Position numbers and translations under genes: made by a program
Part shown: positions 9,482 through 19,161 of the stretch, piece after piece
How positions within the stretch are numbered: position 1 is the first letter of the stretch
How the letters are laid out: every line of letters starts with the position of its first letter
Source: Cyanobacteria bacterium OH_PDB_230
GTDB lineage: Bacteria > Cyanobacteriota > Vampirovibrionia > Gastranaerophilales > Gastranaerophilaceae
Direction of reading: 5' to 3'
DNA length: 64,000 nucleotides
NCBI GenBank assembly: GCA_023421795.1
Contig: JAEZSO010000001.1
Coordinates: forward strand, 202,556-266,555
Notes under the pieces: model-generated
Databases searched by the model: none
The model's input: only the letters and a program-made list of their open reading frames with translations
What the model was told of the DNA's origin: nothing

Positions 9482-10303
9482 ATGGGTTCTATGGGCAATT
9501 TGAGAATATATTTTAAACAGACGGCAACGTATCATCTTTCAAGATTGATTTACAAGCAAATGGAAGATTTCTTTGAAACCCTTGGTGAGATTGGATTGCG
9601 TTTTGTTGCTGTAATGAGATATGTTTTTTCTATGCAGTTTAGATGGAGTCAGGTGGTTGAACAGGCTTCAAGATTTTCTGTTGATTCTTTGCCTATAACG
9701 CTTTCTATTGTTTCAATGACGGCAATCATAGTATCTATGCAGGTCGCTCCAGAGATGGTTAAGCAAGGCGGAAAAGATTATATCGGAATGCTTGTATCAC
9801 TTGTTATGGTTAGAGAAGTAGGAGCTATAATGTCGGGATTCGCTATCATTTCAATGATAGGGTCTGCTATCGCTTCAGAAATAGCTACTATGAGGGTTAC
9901 GGAGCAGATAGACGCTTTGAGAGTTTTGAAAGTTGATCCTTTTAAATACCTGTTCGTTCCAAGAGTTATAGCCGGGACAATCATGATGCCATTTATAGTT
10001 GTTATTGCCTCTTTTGTAGGGGTTGTTGCCGGTGGTTACGCATCTACACTTGCCAGTCCTGAAGTCAGCGGGCTTTCTTTTATGAATTCTGTCTGGTACG
10101 GACTTTATATAAGAGATATAAAGATTTGTCTTTTAAAATCAGCTTTTTTCGGTATGGCAATCACTCTTGTCAGTGCCAGCTGCGGATATGATGCGAGCGG
10201 CGGTGCTAAAGGCGTTGGTATTGCTACAACGAAGGCCGTAGTCTGGTCGTTCGTTGCCATTGTAATAATAGATTACGTATTTGCTTTATTGTTTTACTTT
10301 TAA
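9482..10303 (+). CDS. mlaE: MlaE-family ABC permease (phospholipid/lipid asymmetry transporter)
   Basis: Typical MlaE/Ttg2B sequence: 'RE.GA.M......G SAI.SEI.TM.VTEQIDAL....DP'. Followed by the cognate ATPase and an MCE protein. Confidence 0.85.
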   Translation: MGSMGNLRIYFKQTATYHLSRLIYKQMEDFFETLGEIGLRFVAVMRYVFSMQFRWSQVVEQASRFSVDSLPITLSIVSMTAIIVSMQVAPEMVKQGGKDYIGMLVSLVMVREVGAIMSGFAIISMIGSAIASEIATMRVTEQIDALRVLKVDPFKYLFVPRVIAGTIMMPFIVVIASFVGVVAGGYASTLASPEVSGLSFMNSVWYGLYIRDIKICLLKSAFFGMAITLVSASCGYDASGGAKGVGIATTKAVVWSFVAIVIIDYVFALLFYF

Positions 10304-10313
10304 GAAGGTCAAT

Positions 10314-11042
10314 ATGAGTGTAAAAATAGAAAATTTAACAAAAATATTTGATGATAAAAAAGTTTTAGATAACATTTCTTTCGATGTCAAAACAGGTGAA
10401 GTGCTTGCGATAGTGGGATTCAGTGGCTCAGGAAAGAGCACCATATTGAAGCTTATCTGTGGGCTTATCAAGCCTGATTCAGGGAAAATTATAACGGGAG
10501 ATGCCGATATAGCTATGGTGTTTCAATATTCCGCCCTGTTTGATTCGTTAAATGTCTTTGATAATATTTCGTTTGCTTTGCATGAAAGAACAGAATTCAG
10601 AGGCAAATATAGTGAAAAACAAATAAAGGAAATTGTTTCTAAAAATCTTAAAACAGTAGGTTTGGAAGGGATTGAAGACAAGTTCCCCCATGAGCTTTCA
10701 GGTGGTATGCAGAAGAGAGTAAGCTTTGCAAGGGCCATAGTCACAGAACCAGACATTATTCTTTACGACGAACCTACAGCAGGTCTTGACCCTGTTGCCT
10801 CTACTATCATAGAGGACTATATGTTAAGGCTGAGAGACGAAACTAAAGCGACTTCAATTATAGTTACGCACCAGATGTCAACAATAACGAGGTGCGCAGA
10901 CAGAGTGATAATGTTATATGACGGAAAGATAGTGTTTGAAGGCACTCCACAAGAGATGTTAGCAAAGACCAACCCATATACAAAACAGTTTGTATCGGCA
11001 GAAATAGAGGGACCAATGAAAATTGCTTCTTCAAGTTTTTAA
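10314..11042 (+). CDS. mlaF: MlaF-family ABC ATPase
   Basis: Walker A 'GFSGSGKST', 'LSGGMQKRVSFARA' and 'ILYDEPTAGLDP'. The ATG at 10314 (MSVKIENL) is preferred. Confidence 0.85.
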   Translation: MSVKIENLTKIFDDKKVLDNISFDVKTGEVLAIVGFSGSGKSTILKLICGLIKPDSGKIITGDADIAMVFQYSALFDSLNVFDNISFALHERTEFRGKYSEKQIKEIVSKNLKTVGLEGIEDKFPHELSGGMQKRVSFARAIVTEPDIILYDEPTAGLDPVASTIIEDYMLRLRDETKATSIIVTHQMSTITRCADRVIMLYDGKIVFEGTPQEMLAKTNPYTKQFVSAEIEGPMKIASSSF

Positions 11043-11079
11043 GAATTTGTTGTAAAATTAACTAAGAAAAGGATTTATA

Positions 11080-12441
11080 ATGAGGTTTTCATCATCGTTT
11101 AAAGTAGGAATATTAACCCTTATATCTATAATAATACTGGTATTCACGGTTTTATGGGTGAAAGGAAGAGCCTTCTCAGGAGGGGAAAGAGTTACTGTTA
11201 TGTTTAAAGACATCAACGGTATGAGAGCCGGCTCAGGCGTCCAAATGATGGGTGTTAGAATCGGGCAGGTTGAAGAGCTTGTGCCTAAAATCGACGGTTC
11301 TGACAGCGGGGTTCTTGTTAAGTTTGTCATAACAGAGCCTAACATATCTATTCCCAAGGCTTCAACAATTTCTATCCAGCAATCCGGACTTATAGGAGAA
11401 CAGTTCTTAGAGATTACTCCTCCTCAGATCAAGAATATATATATTCCTGTAAGCCAGCAGTCTCTTATATTGCATGTTGATGATAAAGTTCAAATGCTCT
11501 TAAGTAAAAAGAAATATGATGTTGGCGTTATAAAGAAAATAGAAATCATCGATACTGATACACTTCCTTTGACGGTCAGGCAGAATTTAAAAACAAAACT
11601 TGCTTATAAAATAGGTTATGTAATAAACCTGCCAGGTCTTGTTCTCCCGGATGCAGTTGAGGGCAAAATCGTTATGGATAATTCTGCCGAGAAATTAAGG
11701 CTTTCACCGAAGAATAACGTTGAGATTCCTTACCCACAGACTGATTCGATTTATACGGTTGTAGAACCAATGAGGCTTTCTGATTTTATGGAGCTTCAAT
11801 ATAGAGCGGCAGATTCTCTGGCTGAGACAAATGAAAGAATATCTTTACTTCTCTCTGATGATGTAATTACGGACTTGAAGGAAAGTGCTAAAAATATGAA
11901 AGAGCTTACGGTAAGTGCCAACACGACTATCGAAAAAGCTCAAGTCCTTATTGATACATCTAAAGATGAACTTTTGGTATTGTCTGATAACGCCAACAAT
12001 CTGGCTGTGGACCTTAATGAACTGACAAACAATATCAATAAAATAGTATCTGATAAAGAATTTATGGCGAATATATCTAATACGTCAAAATCAGTAAACA
12101 GATTGTCCACTAATTTAAACAAGGTTCTTGAGGATCCTACAACAAAAGCTACTTTGGATAATTTAAACGCTACTTCCAAAAATGTTGCAGAACTTTCAAC
12201 TTTTGTTAATGATATGACAAAGGATGCTAAACTTAAAGCGGAAGTCGCTAATTCAGTCAACAAGCTTAATGCAGCACTTGATAAATTGACTGTCACTTTA
12301 GATACAGTCAATTATGCAACCGCAGGTGATAAAGATAAAATCAGATGTGCACTTAAAGATGTTTACAAAACATCTGAAAATGCAAGAAAATTCTCTGACA
12401 GGTTAAATAAAAGATTCTTATTATTCAGATTATTGTTCTAG
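11080..12441 (+). CDS. MCE/MlaD-family substrate-binding protein with a long C-terminal helical extension
   Basis: N-terminal TM anchor and MCE core ('VTVMFKDINGMRAGSGVQMMGVRIGQVEEL'), followed by about 250 aa of N/K/L/T-rich helical, coiled-coil-like sequence. Confidence 0.8.
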   Translation: MRFSSSFKVGILTLISIIILVFTVLWVKGRAFSGGERVTVMFKDINGMRAGSGVQMMGVRIGQVEELVPKIDGSDSGVLVKFVITEPNISIPKASTISIQQSGLIGEQFLEITPPQIKNIYIPVSQQSLILHVDDKVQMLLSKKKYDVGVIKKIEIIDTDTLPLTVRQNLKTKLAYKIGYVINLPGLVLPDAVEGKIVMDNSAEKLRLSPKNNVEIPYPQTDSIYTVVEPMRLSDFMELQYRAADSLAETNERISLLLSDDVITDLKESAKNMKELTVSANTTIEKAQVLIDTSKDELLVLSDNANNLAVDLNELTNNINKIVSDKEFMANISNTSKSVNRLSTNLNKVLEDPTTKATLDNLNATSKNVAELSTFVNDMTKDAKLKAEVANSVNKLNAALDKLTVTLDTVNYATAGDKDKIRCALKDVYKTSENARKFSDRLNKRFLLFRLLF

Positions 12442-12444
12442 AAC

Positions 12445-13509
12445 ATGAAATTATTTATATCAAAACTTCATTATAAAAAAGCAACAGGATTTTTAGAATT
12501 AATCGTTCTAAATTTTCTGTTGTTGTGTTCCGTTTTCTACAGAATAGCGGTATGGATCAGAAATTTCCTTTATGATTTTAAAATTATAAAACCTTATAGG
12601 CCGAAGGCTCTGGTTGTTTCTGTGGGTAATATCACGACGGGTGGGGTCGGCAAGACTCCTGTTGTCGCTGAATTAGCCAATTATTATACCCGTAAAGGCA
12701 AGAAAACAGTCATTTTGTCGAGAGGATACGGCGGAAAGCTTTCGGTCGTAACTCCTAACGTTATTTCAAACGGCAGCGAGGTTCTTTTTGATGCTGATAT
12801 GGCAGGGGATGAACCATTTTGGCTGGCTCAAAATTGTGTAAATGTCCCTGTTGTTACTTGTTCAAGCCGTGTTAAAGCCGCTAAATATTGTGAGGACAAG
12901 TTTAAGCCTGATGTTTTCATTTTAGATGACGGTTTTCAGCATAGAAAAATGGAAAGAGACCTAAACTTACTTCTGGTAGACAACAGCAATAGGTTCGGCA
13001 ATGAAAAAATATTGCCCGCGGGTCCATTGAGAGAGTCTCTTAAAAACATTAAAAGAGCGGATAAGATAGTGCTTGTCAATAAAAGTTATGATGACGAGAA
13101 GGCTATAGCTTACTGCACTGAGCTTGAAAGACGTTTCAATAAAAAAGTTTATTTGTGTAAGATGATCCCGGATGAGATTTATAACATCGTCACCAACGAA
13201 CCACTTCAAAAGCAAGAAAAAATCATTGCATTCTGCGCTATAGGGCAGCCCAGGGAGTTTTATGATTTTCTTAAAGATGATTATAATCTTGCTGTTACCG
13301 TTGATTTTGAAGACCACCATTCTTATGATGAAACAAACTTGAAAGAACTTATGGAAATTGCAAATAAAGAAGAGATAACGGATTTGGTAACCACAGAAAA
13401 AGACGCTGTGAAAATGAAAGAATTACTTATAAAATACAAGCCGAATCTCAACATTTATGCCTTAAAACTCAAGCCTTACCTGGATATTGAGGAAATTTGC
13501 AATGGTTAA
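12445..13509 (+). CDS. lpxK: Tetraacyldisaccharide 4'-kinase (lipid A biosynthesis)
   Basis: P-loop 'GNITTGGVGKTP', 'SRGYGG' and 'ILDDGFQH'. Confidence 0.9.
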   Translation: MKLFISKLHYKKATGFLELIVLNFLLLCSVFYRIAVWIRNFLYDFKIIKPYRPKALVVSVGNITTGGVGKTPVVAELANYYTRKGKKTVILSRGYGGKLSVVTPNVISNGSEVLFDADMAGDEPFWLAQNCVNVPVVTCSSRVKAAKYCEDKFKPDVFILDDGFQHRKMERDLNLLLVDNSNRFGNEKILPAGPLRESLKNIKRADKIVLVNKSYDDEKAIAYCTELERRFNKKVYLCKMIPDEIYNIVTNEPLQKQEKIIAFCAIGQPREFYDFLKDDYNLAVTVDFEDHHSYDETNLKELMEIANKEEITDLVTTEKDAVKMKELLIKYKPNLNIYALKLKPYLDIEEICNG

Positions 13510-14539
13510 AAAAATATTGGTAGTCAGATACCGCTTTATTGGCGATACTATTTTAACAATTCCTTTTCTTCGTAATTTAAGGGCAGCTTATCCTGATGCC
13601 CAAATAGATATGCTGGTCGCGCCAAAATCAGGAGAAGTTATTGAAAATTGCCCTTATGTCGATCATTTTATTTATTTTGACACAACGAGAAAACATAAGT
13701 ATGAGAATGTTAATGCTGAAAAGAAAAGTTTTTTTAGCTATGTTAAAAAATTAAAAGAAGAAAAATATGATAAGGCATATGTTTTAAAAAGATCGCTTTC
13801 AAGCGCTTTATTGGTGTTTTTTGCCCAAATAAAAGAAAGAATTGGTTTTGACACTGAGAAAAGAGGCTTTCTTTTGACCAAAAAAGTTGAATATGACAGC
13901 AATAAACATGAAGCAGAGTGTTTTCTGGATGTTTTAAGGGCTGATGGTATAGAGGTAAAAGATTCTTATCTGGAGAACTGGGTTTCAGAAGCAGCTTCTA
14001 TGAAGGTAGATGAAATTTTTGAAATGAATTCAATAATCAATCAGAAAAAAGTAATTGTGCACGCTACTGCCACAAATGAGGGCAAGTTATGGCCTTTAGA
14101 AAACTTTGCAGAAGTTGTAGAATATCTTTCAAACGAAAAAGAAGCGCAAGTTATATATGTCGGCACAGATTTTGATAAAACCACTTACGAAAAACTTGAA
14201 GGATTATTGAAAACAGAGCTCAAGATTAAGCCTCTTAACCTATGCGGCGAGCTGAATATCCAAGAAAGCCTGGCGTTGATTTCAAAAGCGGATTTGCTTG
14301 TTGGGAATGATTCCGGCAATCTCCATATGGCTGCATCTGTTGGGACTAAGGTCATAGGGATATATGGTCCGATGCCTTTCGATAAATGGTATGCGCTCGG
14401 GGAGGACAATATTTTGTTGAAAGCAGACCTCAATTGCATGCCTTGTTTACTTAAAAAACCTTGCCCAAGAGACAAAGAATGTTTAAGAGCCATACTGCCT
14501 GAAATGGTTATAGATGCAATTAATAAAAGTTTAAATTAA
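13502..14539 (+). CDS. Glycosyltransferase family 9 (LPS heptosyltransferase-like)
   Basis: 'RFIGDTILTIPFLRNL' and 'GNDSGNLHMAASVGTKVIGIYGP' are GT9 hallmarks. The ATG overlaps the lpxK stop. Confidence 0.8.
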   Translation: MVKKILVVRYRFIGDTILTIPFLRNLRAAYPDAQIDMLVAPKSGEVIENCPYVDHFIYFDTTRKHKYENVNAEKKSFFSYVKKLKEEKYDKAYVLKRSLSSALLVFFAQIKERIGFDTEKRGFLLTKKVEYDSNKHEAECFLDVLRADGIEVKDSYLENWVSEAASMKVDEIFEMNSIINQKKVIVHATATNEGKLWPLENFAEVVEYLSNEKEAQVIYVGTDFDKTTYEKLEGLLKTELKIKPLNLCGELNIQESLALISKADLLVGNDSGNLHMAASVGTKVIGIYGPMPFDKWYALGEDNILLKADLNCMPCLLKKPCPRDKECLRAILPEMVIDAINKSLN

Positions 14540-14711
14540 AAAACAGTTCGTTTTTGAAGGTATTTTAACTTTTCTGTTGAGTAAATTTTTGACTTGCATT
14601 GAAATAAAAATTCCTTCGTGTTATAAACTTAATACTGCGAGAAATTCCTTAACCAAGAGTTCTTGCTAGTTCAACGAATGGAAATCATATACTCTGAATA
14701 AGAATATTAAA

Positions 14712-15560
14712 TTGGCCAAACACGCTGGGTTCTGCTACGGTGTAAAAAGGGCGGTTGAGACAACAAAAAGATTAAAGAGCGAAAATGATTCTAATAAGAT
14801 TTGGGTATTAGGAGAACTTATACACAACTCTCAAGTAATTAAAGAATTGGAAGCGCTTGGAATAAAGACGGTGGATGTATTACCTGAGAATGAAACGGGC
14901 GTATGCATAATTAGAAGCCACGGAGCTTCGCCTGAAATTTTTGAAGACGTTAAAGAAAAAGGCTATGAAATAATCGATTTGACCTGTCCTGACGTTAAGA
15001 AAGTTCAGCAAAAAGCCATCCAGCTTGTTCAGGAAGGATTTTTGCTTATTATTCTTGGTAAACCGGAACATCCTGAGGTTTTGGCAATTAAAGCAAATGC
15101 GCAAAAGCACGGAGAAAACGTATACGTAATCCCGGATTTGGCAGCTTTAAAGGAAATAGAATCAAAAGTAAAAGAACACAATAAAATTGGGGTTGTTGTT
15201 CAAACAACACAAAGGATTGAGATACTTCAGGAAGTTGAAAATTATCTTATTCCGTTAGCAAAAGAACTTAAAATCTTTAATACAATTTGCGCTTCGACTT
15301 CCATGAGACAGGCAGAAGCCAAATCATTGGCTCAGGAATCTGATCTTATGATCGTTGTGGGCAGCAAAAAAAGCGCGAATACCACTCACTTGGCGGAAAT
15401 ACTGACAGGTATAACAACAACCGTCCATATCGAAACTGATGAGGAGCTGCTTGCGTATAAAGATTTGATTAAAACAGCAAAAAATATCGGAGTGACGGCA
15501 GGTGCTTCCACTCCTGAAGAGATAATCCAAAAAGTATTGGATGAAATTAACAGATATTAA
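14712..15560 (+). CDS. ispH: 4-hydroxy-3-methylbut-2-enyl diphosphate reductase
   Basis: 'GFCYGVKRAV', 'IRSHGASPE', 'DLTCPDVKKV' and 'VVGSKKSANT'. TTG start, because in-frame stops lie just upstream. Confidence 0.9.
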   Translation: MAKHAGFCYGVKRAVETTKRLKSENDSNKIWVLGELIHNSQVIKELEALGIKTVDVLPENETGVCIIRSHGASPEIFEDVKEKGYEIIDLTCPDVKKVQQKAIQLVQEGFLLIILGKPEHPEVLAIKANAQKHGENVYVIPDLAALKEIESKVKEHNKIGVVVQTTQRIEILQEVENYLIPLAKELKIFNTICASTSMRQAEAKSLAQESDLMIVVGSKKSANTTHLAEILTGITTTVHIETDEELLAYKDLIKTAKNIGVTAGASTPEEIIQKVLDEINRY

Positions 15561-15584
15561 AATAAACGAAAGGAAAACATATTA

Positions 15585-16667
15585 ATGGCAAACACAGTTG
15601 AAAAAACACAAACAGACGATTTCGTAAAACTTTTAGAAGAAAGCTATAATTATAAATATACAGTAGCTGACGTTGTAAAAGGTATTGTAGTAAAGCAGGA
15701 AAACGATGGCTTTTTAGTAGACATCGGAGCTAAAACAGAAGCTTTCTTGCCAAACAGAGAAATCTCGAATGCTCCTGAGAAAGATTATTCTGAAATCTTA
15801 AAAGCAGGTGAAGTAAAAGAATTTTACGTATTGAGAGAAGATTCTTCAGATGAAGACGTTAAAATCGTTTTATCATTGAAAAAATTGTCTTGCGCTAAAG
15901 CTTGGCAAGCACTTCAAGAAGCTAAACTTAACAATGAAACAGTCACTGCTAAAGTTGCGTCACTTGTTAGAGGCGGTGTAATTGTTGAAGTTATGGACTT
16001 GAGAGGATTTATCCCTGCAAGCCAATTGAGAACAGGCAGCCCATTTGACGGATTAGTCGGTCAAAATGTTGAGGCTAAAGTTCTAGAAGCTGATGCAAGA
16101 AGAAATAAATTAATTCTTTCTCAAAGACAAGCTATAGCTGAACAAAGAGAAGCTGTCGTAGATGATATCATTGCGCAACTTGAAGTTGATCAAGTTGTAA
16201 AAGGTGAAGTTGTCAGAATAGCTGACTTTGGTGCATTTATTGATGTTAACGGAGTAGACGGACTTCTTCCTATTTCTGAAATATCTTGGCAAAGAATCAA
16301 ACATCCTTCAGATATCATTACATTAGGCCAACAGGTTGAAGTTAAAGTATTGAAAATAGATACTGAACTAAAACGTATAAGCTTGAGCTTAAAGAGAATG
16401 GGCGACAATCCTTGGGAAGAAATCGAAAACCAATTCCAAGAAGGTCAGATTGTAAAAGGGACTGTTAATAAAGTAACTTCATTCGGTGCTTTTATAAACA
16501 TATTCCCTGGCGTTGAGGCTTTATTGCCATCTGCAGAAATGGATCCTGTAAATGCTAATCCATTTACTGTTTATAACATAGGTGATGAGGTTGAAGTTCT
16601 AATCAAGAAATTCACTCCTCAAGAACACAGAATAGCTTTAAGTGTTAGAGATATTCAAAAAGACTAA
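15585..16667 (+). CDS. rpsA: 30S ribosomal protein S1 (four S1 domains)
   Basis: Repeated S1 motifs, e.g. 'G.VV.....G..VD.G...GF.P.S' and 'VKGEVVRIADFGAFIDVNGVDGLLPISEISW'. An SD 'aaaggaaa' precedes the ATG. Confidence 0.9.
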   Translation: MANTVEKTQTDDFVKLLEESYNYKYTVADVVKGIVVKQENDGFLVDIGAKTEAFLPNREISNAPEKDYSEILKAGEVKEFYVLREDSSDEDVKIVLSLKKLSCAKAWQALQEAKLNNETVTAKVASLVRGGVIVEVMDLRGFIPASQLRTGSPFDGLVGQNVEAKVLEADARRNKLILSQRQAIAEQREAVVDDIIAQLEVDQVVKGEVVRIADFGAFIDVNGVDGLLPISEISWQRIKHPSDIITLGQQVEVKVLKIDTELKRISLSLKRMGDNPWEEIENQFQEGQIVKGTVNKVTSFGAFINIFPGVEALLPSAEMDPVNANPFTVYNIGDEVEVLIKKFTPQEHRIALSVRDIQKD

Positions 16668-16693
16668 AAATTTATAAAGTCAGATAATTAATA

Positions 16694-16731
16694 AAAGCCG
16701 CTTTAACTTCAGGTTTAAGGCGGCTTTTAGT
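16694..16731 (+). terminator. Intrinsic terminator after rpsA
   Basis: Hairpin agccgctttaa...ttaaggcggct followed by 'tttagttt'. Confidence 0.6.
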
Positions 16732-16858
16732 TTGGCTGCAAATTCCTTTTTGTCCGCCGAAATATTTTGATCTGTTGTTTAAGCCGTATTTTCCTATGAA
16801 AAATCTTCTCTAATCTCTTGTTTGGTCTTCGTAAGAGATTATATGTTAGTATATTGAT

Positions 16859-17068
16859 ATGTTTAAGAAAATTTTATTGTGCTTGATAAAAATATATCAA
16901 AAATTGTCCTCGTTAAAACCTCCTGTTTGTAGGTTTTACCCGACTTGTTCTCAATATATGAAAGAGGCAATAATAAAATACGGAGTAATAAAAGGTGTTT
17001 GGTTGGGTTTGAAAAGGATTATAAGATGTCATCCTTTCAATCCAGGAGGATATGACCCTGTGCCATAG
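16859..17068 (+). CDS. yidD: Membrane protein insertion efficiency factor YidD
   Basis: 69 aa with '[10 protein letters not shown]...[14 protein letters not shown]'. Confidence 0.9.
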   Translation: MFKKILLCLIKIYQKLSSLKPPVCRFYPTCSQYMKEAIIKYGVIKGVWLGLKRIIRCHPFNPGGYDPVP

Positions 17069-17211
17069 TGCTGAACCTTCTGGTGGGTCAGTATTTACTG
17101 AATAATTTTATTCTGAAGCCGGTTATACAGCGAATTTATAATTATAAATTTTTAAGATACATTTTAAGCAATTGAACCTATAATAAAGAACAGTATAAAA
17201 ATTAACTTCCT

Positions 17212-18882
17212 TTATTTAACTTTTTCTTTGATTTCATTAAATGCTTGCTTTAGTATGTTTAAATCGTGTTCATATTGTTTAATTCTATCTTCATTTTGCT
17301 TGATAACTGACTCAAATTTATTGTTAATGTATTGATATATTTTATGCTGCTCTTCGTAATAAATTTGATCTTGCCTGGAAAATTTTATATTAGAAATATT
17401 AAGCAAGTCTTGATACTTAGAATCTATAAATTCATAGACTTTCTTTTGTTCCGTGAAATATTTTTCATCTGTTTCGGCAGCTTGTATTTCAAGAATAGCC
17501 AATAAATCTTTGCATTTAGAGTCAATGAATTCATAGACTTTTTTTTGTTCTGTGAAATATTTTTCGTCGGTTTCTGCTGTTTTTATTTCAGAAACAGCCA
17601 TTAAATCCTTGCATTTAGAGTCAATAAATTCATAGACTTTTTTTTGTTCAGCGAAATATTTTTCGTCTGTTTCTGCTGTTTTTATTTCGGAAACAGCCAT
17701 TAAGTCCTTGCATTTAGAGTCAATAAATTCATAGACTTTTCTTTGTTCAGCGAAATATTTTTCGTCTGTTTCCGCTGTTTTTATTTCGGAAATAGCCAAT
17801 AAATCCTTGCATTTAGAGTCAATAAATTCATAGACCTTTCTTTGTTCTGTGAAATATTTTTCGTCTGTTTCCGCTGTTTTTATTTCAGAAATAGCCAATA
17901 AATCCTTGTATTTATTTTCAACAAATTCATATATCTTTTTTTGCTCTGTAAAATATTTTTTATTTAATGCATGGATTTCATCATATATTTTTCTGGTTTC
18001 TTGCGCGATTTTGCCTTTATATATTTCTTTTTCAAGAATATATGATATTTGTTTGTATTTGCAGTTGTACATATTATCAAGCCAAGCTATTCTTATCAAG
18101 TAGGCATAATATAGTTCAAATGCAGGGCATCCATTGTAATTTAGCAAAGAGGGCTTATGACGACCTGAAAAATGCAGTATTTTGATGGTTTGGTACTCTT
18201 CATTTAAAACATCTGAATGGAGAGTATGGTCTATTTGGAAATTCCAAATATTTTCAAGGTCTAATATTTTTTCTTTAAAAACCAGATTAAACACATCTTG
18301 ATCTTGCCATAGGAGGGTATCTTCATTTTGTTTTGTAAATTTAAACAATTCCTGCTCTATGTTACACTCTCTCCATTTTTTAAGATTTATGAGCATGACT
18401 CCAGCATTGAAATAAGCAGATAAACTCAATCTCTTACTTTCTTTTTCATTATCTATGTCGCGGGTCATTGCAACGTAGTTATCGTTTAAATTCAATGTAT
18501 ACAGCTCTTTTAAAGAAGACAAGGCAATAATGTCGCAATCCATATACAAAACTTTATCTAATTCAGGCAAAAATGAGGATATTTTATATCTAAAGTAAGT
18601 CGGCTTAGTAACATGGTAGTTTGAATAAGCGCTATTTTTGTCCTTTAGCATAGGGCAATCAATGAATTCATCGTAATCTACACCAATAAAAGTAATATTA
18701 AAATCTTTAATCTTTTTTAACTTTAAGAATCTACTTTTATTATATTCTGATATTCCACCGTCCAAGATGTAGAAGTTAAAGGCTTCATCGCTTTCACTGT
18801 TTTCGATAATCGAAGCTATTGCCACTGCCAACTGCTCGCAATAAGCATTATCACAGCTGAAACATATATCATATACTAGCAT
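17212..18882 (-). CDS. Glycosyltransferase family 8 (LPS glycosyltransferase-like) with a C-terminal repeat/coiled-coil extension
   Basis: The N-terminal ~290 aa have GT8 features: 'FNFYILDGG', the DxD motif 'LYMDCDIIA', 'FNAGVMLINLKKWR' and 'ILHFSG..KP'. The C-terminal ~250 aa consist of 33-aa repeats. Confidence 0.8.
   Translation of the reverse strand: MLVYDICFSCDNAYCEQLAVAIASIIENSESDEAFNFYILDGGISEYNKSRFLKLKKIKDFNITFIGVDYDEFIDCPMLKDKNSAYSNYHVTKPTYFRYKISSFLPELDKVLYMDCDIIALSSLKELYTLNLNDNYVAMTRDIDNEKESKRLSLSAYFNAGVMLINLKKWRECNIEQELFKFTKQNEDTLLWQDQDVFNLVFKEKILDLENIWNFQIDHTLHSDVLNEEYQTIKILHFSGRHKPSLLNYNGCPAFELYYAYLIRIAWLDNMYNCKYKQISYILEKEIYKGKIAQETRKIYDEIHALNKKYFTEQKKIYEFVENKYKDLLAISEIKTAETDEKYFTEQRKVYEFIDSKCKDLLAISEIKTAETDEKYFAEQRKVYEFIDSKCKDLMAVSEIKTAETDEKYFAEQKKVYEFIDSKCKDLMAVSEIKTAETDEKYFTEQKKVYEFIDSKCKDLLAILEIQAAETDEKYFTEQKKVYEFIDSKYQDLLNISNIKFSRQDQIYYEEQHKIYQYINNKFESVIKQNEDRIKQYEHDLNILKQAFNEIKEKVK
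17365..17958 (-). repeat. Six in-frame tandem 99-bp repeats (33 aa each) inside the GT8 gene
   Basis: Protein units follow 'KYF(T/A)EQ(K/R)KVYEFIDSKCKDL(L/M)A(I/V)SEIKTAETDE'. The central four copies look roughly 90% identical at DNA level by eye. The flanking copies are more diverged, and a seventh degenerate copy follows. Confidence 0.9.
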
Positions 18883-19161
18883 TCTTAGTCCTTTTAAAGC
18901 TATTATTCATTAATCCATACAATTTATTGCTATTATACAATAGTTAAGTACATTAAAGGCAAAATTGTAATAATTTTTGTCAAATATGATAATTAACAGC
19001 TTGTATTCAAGTCTAATATTATATAGACTAAAGGTGTCCAAAGAATTTAGTGATCGCAAATATTAAGTTGAACCTTTGCAAAAAAGGTTTTCAAAATAAC
19101 ACAAATAGAAACGCGCGATAGACTACTATAATGGAATAGCTATAAAACGGATATGTAATAA

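Noticed and set aside
17365-17958. Considered whether the regular 99-bp periodicity could be a CRISPR-like array
   Set aside because: The units are contiguous with no unique spacers. They are in frame within a long ORF and encode a conserved 33-aa peptide repeat.
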